NCBI GenBank assembly: GCA_001275005.1
Contig: JWZX01002559.1
Span: forward strand, 1 to 40,165
Source: Chrysochromulina tobinii
Taxonomy: Eukaryota
Direction: 5' to 3'
Length of the DNA stretch: 40,165 nt
Shown here: piece by piece, positions 18,499-28,485 of the stretch
How the letters are laid out: each line of letters begins with the position of its first letter
How positions within the stretch are numbered: position 1 is the first letter of the stretch
Translations under genes and position numbers: made by a program
Notes under the pieces: generated by a model
Seen by the model: only the letters and a program-made list of their open reading frames with translations
Told to the model about the DNA's origin: nothing
Databases searched by the model: none

Positions 18499-20505
18499 AT
18501 GCAGTCCGTCGCCGTGCCCGATGAGACTGCCATGCTTGCGGCCACGCTTCTTGAGACGGAGTCCGTAGACGATCCCGATGCAGCGGCCACGGCCGTTGCC
18601 TCGGTCTTTGCGCGCGTGCAGGAGCTGGCCGAGGAGAATGAGGCGCTGCGCGCCTCATTAAGCGAGGAGCGCACCATGCGCCTGGGCCTGCTCGAGTCCA
18701 ACAGGGAGCTCGAGTGGCGCGTGCGCACCGGCGCGAGTGCGGGCGCCGACGCCAGTGGGGCGCGGCGCGAGTGGGAAGATTCCGAGGCGCGGCTGCAGTT
18801 GTTGCTCACCGAGAACAACCTGCTCGAGGCGCGTGAGCGCCAGACAGCGGAGGAACTGCGGCGCGAGCAGGCCATCTCGGCCAAGCTGCTGGTCTCGCAC
18901 GCCGAGGCGATCAGCGCCGCCAAGCAGGCGGCGGACGCCGCCCATGCGGCCGACGAGGCAGCGCGCGAGGAGAGTGAGGCGGCGCGCGAAGCGTCCGAGG
19001 CGGCGCGCGAGGCGCATGTGCTCGCCACGTCTTCTGAGGCCGCGCTCGCGAACCTTCGCAACGAGCTGACCGCGGTGCGCGCGGAGCTCCACCAGGCGCT
19101 CGCCGAGAATGCGGTGGCGCGGCAGCAGCTCGAACGGCTGCAGACCGCGTCACTCGTGGCCGAGAGCAAGGCGCTCGAGCAAGCGGCGAACGCCCGAGCG
19201 TCAGTGACGGAGCTGAGGAGCCAACTCGTGGCGCAGCAGCAGCAGCAGCGGCAGCTGGAGCAGCTGCTCGCTCAGGCGAGGGGCGAGGCGGACGGGCACG
19301 CGGCCGCGGCCGAGCGCATGAGAGCATCTGCGGACGCCGCACGCGATGAGGCTCGTGTGGCGACGCAGGTGGCTGAGGAGGCTCGACGCGCGGCTGCGCT
19401 AGGCGCTCGCCGTGAGGCGGAGCTCGAGGAACGAGTGGGCGCGCTCTCGCGCCGGCTCGAGGCCCACGCTGACGAGTTGCAGCGCCACTCGGCCGCGTCA
19501 CAGCAGCAGGTCGCCAAAAGGGTCCAAGCACACTCCCGCACGCTCGCGGAGGCTCACGAGGCGGCCCAAAAGGAGGCGACTCTCGCAGCCGAGAGAGAGC
19601 TCGCGCTGCATGGCGTCGCGGACGAGCTGCGGGCGGCGCTCGAACGGCGCGGTCGCGAAGTCACGATGCTGCAGGCGCAGCTCGACGCCGCCGTGAGCGC
19701 ACACGCGCAGGCCAAGGCTCAGGTGGGTGAGGCGGCGGCGGGCGGCAATCGCGCGCTCGTGGAGGAGGCGATGAGTGCAAAGGCGCGCGCCGAGACCGCG
19801 CACCTGCTCCAGCAGCAGCAGCTCACCGAGCTGCGCGCCGCACGGGACGAGCTGACGCGCCTCAAGGCCGCCTTGGAGACGAAGAGCGCCGAGGTGGAGC
19901 GCGCTGAGATCCGCGGACGACGTGCGGTCGCACAAGCGGAGGTGGAGCGTGACACGATGGGGGCGCGCCTCCAGCAGAAGAGCGAAGCCGTCGATGCGGC
20001 GCACGCCGAGAACTTCGAGGCCATCGCGCGAGGGCGCGCCGAGGTGGACGAAGTGCGTCGCATCGCCGACCTAGCCGCACAAGCGCACCGTGCAGAGAAG
20101 GAGAAGCTCTTAGCCCAAGTAGCCGACAGCACGTCGGCGGCGGCGGGATTGCAAGAGCTTCTCGAGGCGCAACGCAAGGTGGCGGAGGGCTACCGCTTGG
20201 AGGCGGCACGCTCGCTCGCGCGACTCTCGCAGCTCGAGACGACGCAGCCGCACTTCGAGCACACGCTCGCCTCGTACCGCGAGCTGCAACAATCCGAGCG
20301 CGAGAAGCTCAGTAGGGAGTTCGCACAGCAGCAGACGCAACTGCAGCGAGCCCTGTCGAGCTCGCTCGCTGCCTCGCGCTCTGAGAGCCTCTCCGAAGTG
20401 CGCATTGGGCTGGACGAGCTCACTCATGAGCTGCGCGCGGCCCGTGCGCGCGAGGAGGAGCAGATGCAGCGCGTGCAGGCCGCGAGGCTGGTGGTACTGG
20501 GGTAG
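18499..20505 (+). CDS. Long coiled-coil protein of unknown function
   Basis: ATG at 18499. About 670 aa of Ala/Glu/Arg/Gln heptad-rich sequence with consistent GC3-rich codon usage. Confidence 0.72.
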   Translation: MQSVAVPDETAMLAATLLETESVDDPDAAATAVASVFARVQELAEENEALRASLSEERTMRLGLLESNRELEWRVRTGASAGADASGARREWEDSEARLQLLLTENNLLEARERQTAEELRREQAISAKLLVSHAEAISAAKQAADAAHAADEAAREESEAAREASEAAREAHVLATSSEAALANLRNELTAVRAELHQALAENAVARQQLERLQTASLVAESKALEQAANARASVTELRSQLVAQQQQQRQLEQLLAQARGEADGHAAAAERMRASADAARDEARVATQVAEEARRAAALGARREAELEERVGALSRRLEAHADELQRHSAASQQQVAKRVQAHSRTLAEAHEAAQKEATLAAERELALHGVADELRAALERRGREVTMLQAQLDAAVSAHAQAKAQVGEAAAGGNRALVEEAMSAKARAETAHLLQQQQLTELRAARDELTRLKAALETKSAEVERAEIRGRRAVAQAEVERDTMGARLQQKSEAVDAAHAENFEAIARGRAEVDEVRRIADLAAQAHRAEKEKLLAQVADSTSAAAGLQELLEAQRKVAEGYRLEAARSLARLSQLETTQPHFEHTLASYRELQQSEREKLSREFAQQQTQLQRALSSSLAASRSESLSEVRIGLDELTHELRAARAREEEQMQRVQAARLVVLG

Positions 20506-20821
20506 AGTCGCGGGGCGCTCTCCGAATGTTGACTCTTCCCGGCACTTCACCGCACGGTGTGTCGGTCGAGTGTCGAGACGGTCGGGCCGCGTCGCGGCGC
20601 GAACTGGCCCCGCTATAGTACCGCGCGCGCGTGCGGGGGTAGAGCCCCCGCGTCCGGGCCCGGCGCGTTCCGGCGCGTTCCGGCTGGCGCGAGACCGGGA
20701 GAGCGCGCCTCTGGGTCCGCCGGCGGCGGCGCCCCGCGGCGCGTTAGCTTCTCTTTTATCAGCTTCTTGTGTGACAGTGCGCATAGTACACGACTTCGAT
20801 TACCAACACACGGCCGGCAGA

Positions 20822-21262
20822 CTACATCGGTCCGGTACTGTTGTAGCTGTCCTCTAGCTCGCGTAACGCCGCACGCATCTCGCTCTCCACACGTGCAAGC
20901 CGCTGCTCACCATCTGAGGCGAATGCATTATGGGCGGCAGCGACGGCCTGCGTTTCTGTGCGTATGATCTTGTGATCCCCGACTACTGTGTCTCGCCTCA
21001 GCTCGTCGGTGAGCTGCATTAGATTGTCGGTGAGCTGCACGATGCCTGCGGCCAGCACGGAGGTACGTAGCTCGCCGATTTGCTGCCTCACCTCATCCTC
21101 CACCTGACCCCCACGCAACAGTTCGCTGTACTGGTCGAGCAATGTAGACGAACCGTCCTTGAGCCGCGTCAGGCGCGACTGCTTCGCAATCGTGTCCGAC
21201 TCCGCCAACCATTCGAGCGCGCCCCGTGGCGGTGCAACGCCGCTGCTCGATGAAGACCGCAT
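20822..21262 (-). CDS. MED22: Mediator subunit 22 (Surfeit locus protein 5 family)
   Basis: Size (146 aa) and pattern RL.D....LLDQYSELL..GQV ... AAGIVQLTDNLMQLTDELR..TVVGD, with terminal LRELEDSYNS resembling the Med22 ELE.xYYSS end. Confidence 0.65.
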   Translation of the reverse strand: MRSSSSSGVAPPRGALEWLAESDTIAKQSRLTRLKDGSSTLLDQYSELLRGGQVEDEVRQQIGELRTSVLAAGIVQLTDNLMQLTDELRRDTVVGDHKIIRTETQAVAAAHNAFASDGEQRLARVESEMRAALRELEDSYNSTGPM

Positions 21263-21394
21263 GCGCTCGAGGAAAAAGGTCAGACCATACGGAACGCGTG
21301 ATTTGCCTAGACTTTGCCTTGACGAGACTCGCCTTCACACCAGTCTCGCCCCTCGTTCCCTCCCTCACGAGCGTGACCTTGACTGGGATGCGGA

Positions 21395-22786
21395 ATGATG
21401 GCGAAGCGTCTTTCTTCGCATGCCCTGCTCCTCCTGCAGCTCCTACACACATGCTGTGCACGAATGCGTCCGACCGAGCGCGAGGCGCTCGTCGCACTCT
21501 ATGCTGCCACAGACGGGGGCAGCTGGCTACGGAAAGAGCACTGGACGACCAACAACGCTATCGGCGATCCTTGTCGGGCATTTTCCAAACGCTTGCAGTA
21601 CCGCTTCAATGATTACGCGACAACTCCCTTCGTTCCCGGCGCACGCATCGAAGCGACGCCCTGGCATGGGGTCGGCTGCATCGACCCGTGCGACGACTAC
21701 CTTGACGGCCCGGGGTGCACTGCTGGCCGTGTCACCGGACTAGCGTTACGCAACAACAACCTGCGCGGCAGCCTCACCGGCTGGCACGGCGTCGGCCAGA
21801 TGACCAACCTGACACATCTGGACGTGTCCCACAATTTGCTAAGCGGCGTGCTCCCGACGCAGCTCGGACGCATCAACCACGTTGAACTGCTCTCGTTTCG
21901 CGCCAACCAGATCTCCGGGCTGCTACCTCCTGAGATGGCGAGAGTGAATTCCAACGGCGTAGGTTCGCTGCGCGAGCTGTCGATCAATCTCAACCGAATC
22001 AGTGGCATGCTGCCCTCCGAGCTCGGGCTGCACGCAGCCTCTCTCCAATTGCTTGACGTTAAGGTCAATCGGCTGAGTGGCACAATACCGCAGCAGGTAG
22101 GCCAGTTGCAACGGCTCGAGGCGCTCCAGCTTCAGAACAATTCCCTCTCGGGCACGATTCCCGTCGATTTTGGGCTGGTACCTGCAACTGGCGGCGGGGA
22201 CGGTGGTGACGGCCTCATGTACGACGCGCCGCCCGCACCTCCGGGTGGTCTGCAGCACCTTCGATACCTCGAGCTGCATAACAACGCGAGGCTCTCGGGC
22301 ACGCTACCGCCGTCGCTGCAGTACGTGGGCCTCAACCTGGGGCTCGCAGTGCCCGAGATGCGCCATAGTTTGCGCCACCTGCACCTCGGGAGCGCGCGCC
22401 TCTCGGGCACGATCCCGACAGAGCTTGGAAGGCTCACAGAGCTCACCTCGCTCAAGCTCGACGCAAACCGTCTCTCTGGTACGATCCCATCAGAGCTGGG
22501 GCTGCTGCGCAAGCTCGAGACGCTCGACCTGTACGACAACCCGCTGCAGGGCGACGTGCCCTCGGAGCTCGCCCGCCTGATCAACATTCGGCTCTTCTAC
22601 ATCCCCAACCAAAACCTGCGGCCGCTGCGCATGCACTACTGCGGCCAGCGCCTGCCGAACGTCGGCAAGTACAATTACCGCATCGTGCGCGAAGAGTTCA
22701 TGCGCATGGCGACGTCTATCTGCCCCGAGCCGCTCGACACCCTCGGCACCTTCGGCACGCTCGCTGAGCTCTCGGGCGACATTTGA
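21395..22786 (+). CDS. Secreted or surface leucine-rich repeat protein (plant-type LRRs)
   Basis: Hydrophobic signal-like N-terminus, cap EREALVALYAATDGGSW..W, and repeated L..L.L..N.LSGTIPSELG. Confidence 0.9.
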   Translation: MMAKRLSSHALLLLQLLHTCCARMRPTEREALVALYAATDGGSWLRKEHWTTNNAIGDPCRAFSKRLQYRFNDYATTPFVPGARIEATPWHGVGCIDPCDDYLDGPGCTAGRVTGLALRNNNLRGSLTGWHGVGQMTNLTHLDVSHNLLSGVLPTQLGRINHVELLSFRANQISGLLPPEMARVNSNGVGSLRELSINLNRISGMLPSELGLHAASLQLLDVKVNRLSGTIPQQVGQLQRLEALQLQNNSLSGTIPVDFGLVPATGGGDGGDGLMYDAPPAPPGGLQHLRYLELHNNARLSGTLPPSLQYVGLNLGLAVPEMRHSLRHLHLGSARLSGTIPTELGRLTELTSLKLDANRLSGTIPSELGLLRKLETLDLYDNPLQGDVPSELARLINIRLFYIPNQNLRPLRMHYCGQRLPNVGKYNYRIVREEFMRMATSICPEPLDTLGTFGTLAELSGDI

Positions 22787-22986
22787 GCCCGCACGCCCGC
22801 GGGGCCCAACTCGCAAATTCTGAGCGACGCCCTTCGTACGCGGCTTACCCCGATAATTTGCGGTGGTACTGTGTCGATGTCTCAGGAGTGTGAGAAGAGA
22901 CGTACAGACTCTTTACGCGGCCTAAAGTTTAGCTTTCGGCAGCCGGCCATATCACGCGCGTCCGCCGGTCACGGTCAGCCGAGCTA

Positions 22987-23394
22987 CTATAGTGCGTCTG
23001 GCGTGATTGTTAGCGTCAGGTTCTTAACATCTTTCACGGACAGGTTGTTCCCCTTGCCGCAGCGTAGCCCGCATTCCGGCGGGAACCAGACGCGGAGTGG
23101 GCCACCTTGCTGCAGCGGCTGGTTGCCGATGGCATCTGTGTGCATCAGTATGCCGAGCACCAAGTGCTCAAATGCGATCGGTTCAGTCTGCATCCCATCG
23201 CCTGCGATGAATACGCCAGTGCCACTCTTGGCCGCGCCGAGAAGGGCACGGACGCTGCATCCCTTGTAGCCCGCAAATTTCTCATCTGTCACCGGCACTT
23301 CGCACAAGTCGAGCGCATATAATTGGTCCAGCGGTACTTTTGAGCTGCTGTTGCTTGTAACTCCATTGACGAGACGTCGACGAGTAACCTCCAT
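22987..23394 (-). CDS. Small oxidoreductase molybdopterin-binding-domain-like protein
   Basis: F.GYKGCSVRALL, FIAGDG, QPLQQGGPLRVWFP and SVKDV..L.L, matching the Oxidored_molyb-like pattern. Confidence 0.6.
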   Translation of the reverse strand: MEVTRRRLVNGVTSNSSSKVPLDQLYALDLCEVPVTDEKFAGYKGCSVRALLGAAKSGTGVFIAGDGMQTEPIAFEHLVLGILMHTDAIGNQPLQQGGPLRVWFPPECGLRCGKGNNLSVKDVKNLTLTITPDAL

Positions 23395-23508
23395 TCCTCG
23401 GCCTTCGAGAAGAATGATTCCTTGGCGTGAATCGAGCTACGCCGCGTTGAATACGTGAGGCGTGGCACACATCGAAGTGCTCGAAGGTCGGCCGCGTGTG
23501 AACAACCT

Positions 23509-23518
23509 TTGGCTGTGA

Positions 23519-23552
<34 letters not shown>

Positions 23553-23564
23553 TTGGCTGTGAAC
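23509..23564. repeat. (AAGC)8 microsatellite flanked by a perfect 12-bp direct repeat TTGGCTGTGAAC
   Basis: Repeats at 23509-23520 and 23553-23564; the insert 23521-23552 is exactly 8 units. Confidence 0.95.
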
Positions 23565-23879
23565 GTGTGCTCAGCATCACAGTTCTCGGTTGTGGGTCCG
23601 TTGACGTTCCCCTCAGAAACCCCCAGGGTAGGGAGGGTGGGACACGACAACAACAACAAACACGACGGCGTACTTTACCGGTTACCGCAACTCGCGAGTT
23701 CAACTCCGCTCGGCTCGGCGGCCGCGCCGTAGGTTCGAGCCGAGCGGGGCGGGGTGTTCCTGGAGGAGGGTGGGGTCCGACCATTGGGTCCGACCTCCGA
23801 GTGCGGACCGGAGAGGCACGCCTGGGGGTGGTATTAAAGATAAGCTAGACTTCAGAGCTAAACTACCTAAAAACTCAGC

Positions 23880-26316
23880 TTAAAACCTGTTGATCAAGCT
23901 ACGGAACTTCTTCTCAATTGTCTTCTGCCTCTGTGGAGCGGGCGCAGGCGGCCTTGCGCCCACCGGATCCTCGTGATGATCATCCTGCGACGCGCACCTT
24001 TTTCGTCGAGGGTCGAGGTTGGCGGGCTTGGGGCTGCCGTCCGCAGCCAAACCGGGGCGTCCTCGGGGCAAAGCGGCCTTGTTCTTTGGTGGAGCAGCCT
24101 CGTCCCATTGCCGGGTGCAGCCAAAATACTCCAAAAACTCGCACTTGGTGTAGGCGATGCCGTCTGGCGCTGTTCGCCTCTCCACTGGCTTCTTAGGTTT
24201 GTTCGGCTTGGCGATGGATGGACTGGACTGCGACTCCATATTAGGCCACTCGCCCGTCTTGGGCCGACTGGTCTTCTCTGAGCCGAGCACCGACGACAGT
24301 GAAGGCGGCCGTGGCGGCGACGGTGCACTAGCAGCCGCCGCCGACTGCGCCCGTGGCACCTCGCTGCTCTGCGGTGGTGGCGGCGAGTCGGCTTGCGGCG
24401 GAGGCTTGCGGCGGTAGAGTACCAAGCTAATGTGGCGCTCATCGGAGGTGAGAGTAATCCTATCTGCACTCACATAGCGCAGCTGGCCGTTGGCCTCGAG
24501 CCCATCATACCGGTAGCTCGCCTCGCCCAACGGCTGGCGCCCACGATGGCGCCCACTCGCCTCGCGCCTCCGTTTAAAGTGGCCAGATGCGACAATGTCG
24601 GCCCACCAGTGGCCGCCGTCGTTGTAGACGACGGCCGCAGCGGTGTACTCCTGCCGCTCGCCGCTCATGTCGAGCGTCATCGAAGCTGCCACCTGCGGCC
24701 GCCAGGGCAGCTTACTTGCCGCGACGGCGCCGCCGGTCACGCCGCCGTCGATGCGGCCGAGCTCCACGAGGAGCAGCTGCGAGTAGATAGGCTGCTGGTG
24801 GCGCAGCCGCAGATGGCCCATGCCGCACTGCGGGCAGATGCAGTAGTTGTACGGATTCGTCGACAGGTGCGCCGCTATTAGCTGCCCCACCTGCAAGCAA
24901 CGAGGGGCAGGGGGAGGGAGAGAGGGGCACGTAAGGGCTAAGGGCTGTCACGCGTAAGGAGGCGATACGAAGTTTCTGCGCGGAGGCTGCGGGATGGTGG
25001 GATACGGCGTGCAGCCTCCATCATGCTGCCGTGGTCAGCCAGGATCGGGGACCTCGGAAAGAGAGTTAAAAGGATTCCCCAGTGAGGTCGGAATTAGCAT
25101 GGTCGTTTCCTCGTCATGGGACCCCGAGCCGCTGGCATGCACCGGCAGCGTGCATGCGGTGTGCGTGGGCCTGGTAGCGTGCCTGCGGTGTGCGTGGGCT
25201 GGCTGGCGTGTGGTCTCGACGGCTCACCTCGGCGGCCACGCCATGGCGCAGCAGGGCAGCGACGTCTGCCGCCTGCAACAGCAACGGCAGGTGCGCCGTG
25301 TGGGTGGACGCGCGGTACGTGTAGTCGCAGTCGGCGCACTGCCAGACGGCAAGGGTGCGGAAGTGGAAGGGCGACTCAGAGACGCTGTTGGGCAGCAGAT
25401 GCGCAAAGAACTGCTCCATGACCCCAAAGCAATGGCCCATCAGGCACGGCGTCTTGCACGGGCAGCGCGGGCACTTGACGCACAGACCACTGAGGCAGTT
25501 GGGGCACGAGCAGAAGCAGCGGCACTCGACGCACTCGGGCTGCGCAGGTGGGTCCACCAGTGGCCCGGCACCTGGCTTTGCATGTCTATTCATAGTCACA
25601 CGTTGCGTGTCCACCGACGGCCAGGCGTCCGCCGACGAGCGTGCCGACGATCTACTGCTGCTGTTACGACGGGCCTTGCTGCTGCGCGGGGCGGTCGCGC
25701 CCTCCCGAGAGCGGACGCCCACGACGACGACGTCATCGTCGTCGTCATCGGCTTCGACGGGGCGGCAAAGGTACCTAAACCACTTGCGCTTGGCAACCTC
25801 GCTCGACTTGCCCTGCCGCAGTACCTTCAGTGCCGCACGAAGCGCGGTTATGGGGTTGGGAGAGGCTGCGTGCGCTGAAACGCGGGATGTACATGATGCG
25901 CATGAGGAGCAGCAGCAGGAGCAGGAGGAGGCTGAGGTCGCAGATGATGTTGAGGCAGGAGCCAGTAGCCGCCTCTCTTTGGACGTAAGCGCGTGCTGCA
26001 TGAGCGTCAGGAAGGTGTCGACCGCGCAAGTGTTACGTGGCCCATACGCAACACCAACGAGTGGATGCAAAAACTTGCGAGGCCTGAGCGACGTGCCGGC
26101 CCACGCATTCGCCTTCATTTTCGCCTTGGGTGGCGGCAGCAATGGCAGGTCGCACGTGCCATGCCGGCCCGCCACTCCTGGCCGGCGGCCGGAACCAGCA
26201 ATGACGGCGAGGCCCGCGAAGGGATTGAGCGCCTCTGCCGCATCCCGCACACGTCGCGGACGCTTGTTCATACGCGATGGAAATGCGGGCGTCCATGCTC
26301 TTGCGCGCTTTGACAT
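23880..26316 (-). CDS. Divergent ubiquitin-specific protease (peptidase C19-like); join(26316..25228,24890..23880)
   Basis: Exon 1 has Cys box GVAYGPRNTCAVDTFL..MQHAL and CxxC (WQCADC). A phase-0 intron GAG|GTGAGC..TTGCAG|GTG joins it to exon 2, which has CPQC, LLLVELGR, His box YTAAAVVYNDGGHWWADI, YRYDG and SLVLYRR. Confidence 0.68.
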
Positions 26317-26432
26317 GGTCCACGTCGCCCCCGACCTCGTCAACGCCCGCACTCTGTGTGACTGTGAACACTAAACTCGCTTAATGCGTTTGCCTCACAC
26401 ACAGGAAGGCGGTGCCGGGCCCTCCACACAGA

Positions 26433-28445
26433 TCACGGATGATACTTGCCGAGCACCGTTTTCGCGAAGCTCCTAGGTCGCAACTTCTTGCAGCTCCCCT
26501 TGCAGTTGCCCTCCAACATATCAACGGGCAGGTAGTCGGGATGCGCGGGCACGGGGCCCCGGAATGGCGTCACTGGCGGTCGCGTTGGCCAGCCGGTGAA
26601 CTCGATGCCCACCTTGTACTCCGCCCGGATCTCGCGCATGCGCTGCGCCTCCGGGCAGTACAGTTTCATGTGGTTCCAAGTGCGCCAGTTCCAGCGCCAG
26701 CACTTGTGGCAACCCATCGGGATGAAGTGCGGCCAGTCGCACTTAGTCTTGGCCGGCTTGGGGGACGGGTTCCACTTGCGCGGCTTCCCGCGCTCCTTGG
26801 CGCCTGGATCGTACTCGGGTCCCGTGTAGTAGTTGGCTGTGCACCCCTCGGGCCTCGCCGGGTCATCGCCAGGCAGCACGTCCATTTGAAGGTCGTACTC
26901 GACCGCGAATTGGATCGCGTCGAATCGCGAAGGCTTGTGCACGCGGATGCCGGCGTCGGCGCACCGCTTCTCGAGATACTTCCACATAGTGCCCAGTTGC
27001 TGGTCCTCGAGCTTGCCTGCGGCGGGTGTGATGCACTGAGGCGTGCGGCACATTTGAATGGCCTTCGCACGGTTGCGCAGCGAGAAGCCTCCACACCCGA
27101 CGCTCCACTGTGAGTCGTGATCCGAGGTCATCCACCAAGGGCCGGCCATCGGCGCCCCGACATAGTCGTACTGCACGTACTCGCCGATCTTATGCGACGA
27201 GGCGGCGCACATGATCGAGTCCGGCTGAAAGACGAGCGCCACCTCTCCGTTGACCGCCTCCCAAAAGCTGTCGATGAGCATCATCGAGGAGAGCCGTTGC
27301 CAGTCTTCCATGTAGTCGGAGCCCAGGTCGGTGAAGCTGATCTGGCCGCGCGCCGACAAGTCGCCGAAGAGCTCCTTCAGCTTCGGACCGTTGCTCGGAC
27401 CGTGAAACAGCTGTATGGGCCAGCCCGTGTGATTGTGCACATTGTGCACAACGTAATGTTGCAGCTTTGGGCGCCACGAGGTATCCACCATGATCGCCAC
27501 GTGCGGGCGCACGGGCTCGGGGGCCTTCGGCAGCACAAGCGTCTCGAGAAAGTGGATGTCTTCGTCGCACAACAGTGGCTGACCCATGAGCGAGCAGTGG
27601 CGTTTGAAACGCGTGTACGGCTGATAATGCGCACAGCCTTCGACGATCACGGCCAGCGTCTTAATCTTGCCTTTGCACGGGTCGTCCTTGAAGTTCTCGG
27701 TGTTCACCGGCAGGCAGCAGTGCGAATTGCCCACGCATGCATTCTCGACGATGCGCGCAGACTTGAGTGAGTGGCACTCAGGGTTGACTGCCACGGAGCC
27801 GTTGGGGCTCACAAGGGGCATGCCAAAGGACGCGAAGCTCACCCGCGTCACGACGGTGCCGGCGCCACACTCGATGGCAAGCGAGCCGCCCTGAGGGATG
27901 ATGTGCGTCTGCGCGCCTGTGGTCGAGTAGTCAGTGATGGAAATGGTCTTCGTCAACGTTATCGAGGCGCGGCGCTCACGGCGCCGACGCTTTTCTTCCC
28001 TGCGCCACGCGCGCCCACCACCTCGTCGAGCCGGCTCCGCCTCGATCATTGTGAGTCTGCGCTTAAATGGGGCGCTTCCTATCGAAGACGACTTGAGTGC
28101 TGCATCGGCGCTCAGTCGCCGATCAGTGCCGCTGAGTGGCTCCAAATTCGTATCACCGGGCGTCAACACTGTGCCTGATGCTGAGACGCTGGATGGTGTT
28201 GGGCTCAGCGGCGGCGCATGGCGCAACCGTGGCGCGACATGGGAGCTGACGACAAAGCCCACGGCAATTGCAGGTATGATGCACAGAAGCACGATGGTAC
28301 CGCCCCAGATGACGGAGGTTGGAGACTGCTTCCATGCGGCTGCCTCTGGAGCCTTCATCAACAGCTCGTCGCCGTCGTCATTGTTATCGTCATCGTTGAG
28401 ATCTCGGCATCGATCCCGCGGCGCAAAAGGACCTGTCCCATCCAT
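26433..28445 (-). CDS. Type II membrane protein with a SUEL/galactose-binding lectin domain and a DUF5672 (glycosyltransferase-like) domain
   Basis: TM segment IVLLCIIPAIAVGFVV. Lectin CGAG..V.FASFG..CHS..CVG..C.LPV..F.DDPC.G..K.LAV. DUF5672 LVFQPDSIMC..YDYVGAP..W..VGCGGFSLR. Confidence 0.82.
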   Translation of the reverse strand: MDGTGPFAPRDRCRDLNDDDNNDDGDELLMKAPEAAAWKQSPTSVIWGGTIVLLCIIPAIAVGFVVSSHVAPRLRHAPPLSPTPSSVSASGTVLTPGDTNLEPLSGTDRRLSADAALKSSSIGSAPFKRRLTMIEAEPARRGGGRAWRREEKRRRRERRASITLTKTISITDYSTTGAQTHIIPQGGSLAIECGAGTVVTRVSFASFGMPLVSPNGSVAVNPECHSLKSARIVENACVGNSHCCLPVNTENFKDDPCKGKIKTLAVIVEGCAHYQPYTRFKRHCSLMGQPLLCDEDIHFLETLVLPKAPEPVRPHVAIMVDTSWRPKLQHYVVHNVHNHTGWPIQLFHGPSNGPKLKELFGDLSARGQISFTDLGSDYMEDWQRLSSMMLIDSFWEAVNGEVALVFQPDSIMCAASSHKIGEYVQYDYVGAPMAGPWWMTSDHDSQWSVGCGGFSLRNRAKAIQMCRTPQCITPAAGKLEDQQLGTMWKYLEKRCADAGIRVHKPSRFDAIQFAVEYDLQMDVLPGDDPARPEGCTANYYTGPEYDPGAKERGKPRKWNPSPKPAKTKCDWPHFIPMGCHKCWRWNWRTWNHMKLYCPEAQRMREIRAEYKVGIEFTGWPTRPPVTPFRGPVPAHPDYLPVDMLEGNCKGSCKKLRPRSFAKTVLGKYHP

Positions 28446-28485
28446 CTCGCGATCCGCGTCAAGTTTGCTCCCTTCATTCGGAATT

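Noticed and set aside
24891..25227. USP-gene intron as another duplication-born intron
   Set aside because: Only AG|GTG is shared between the junctions; there is no long duplication or 10-bp satellite, just a local ~29-bp repeat.
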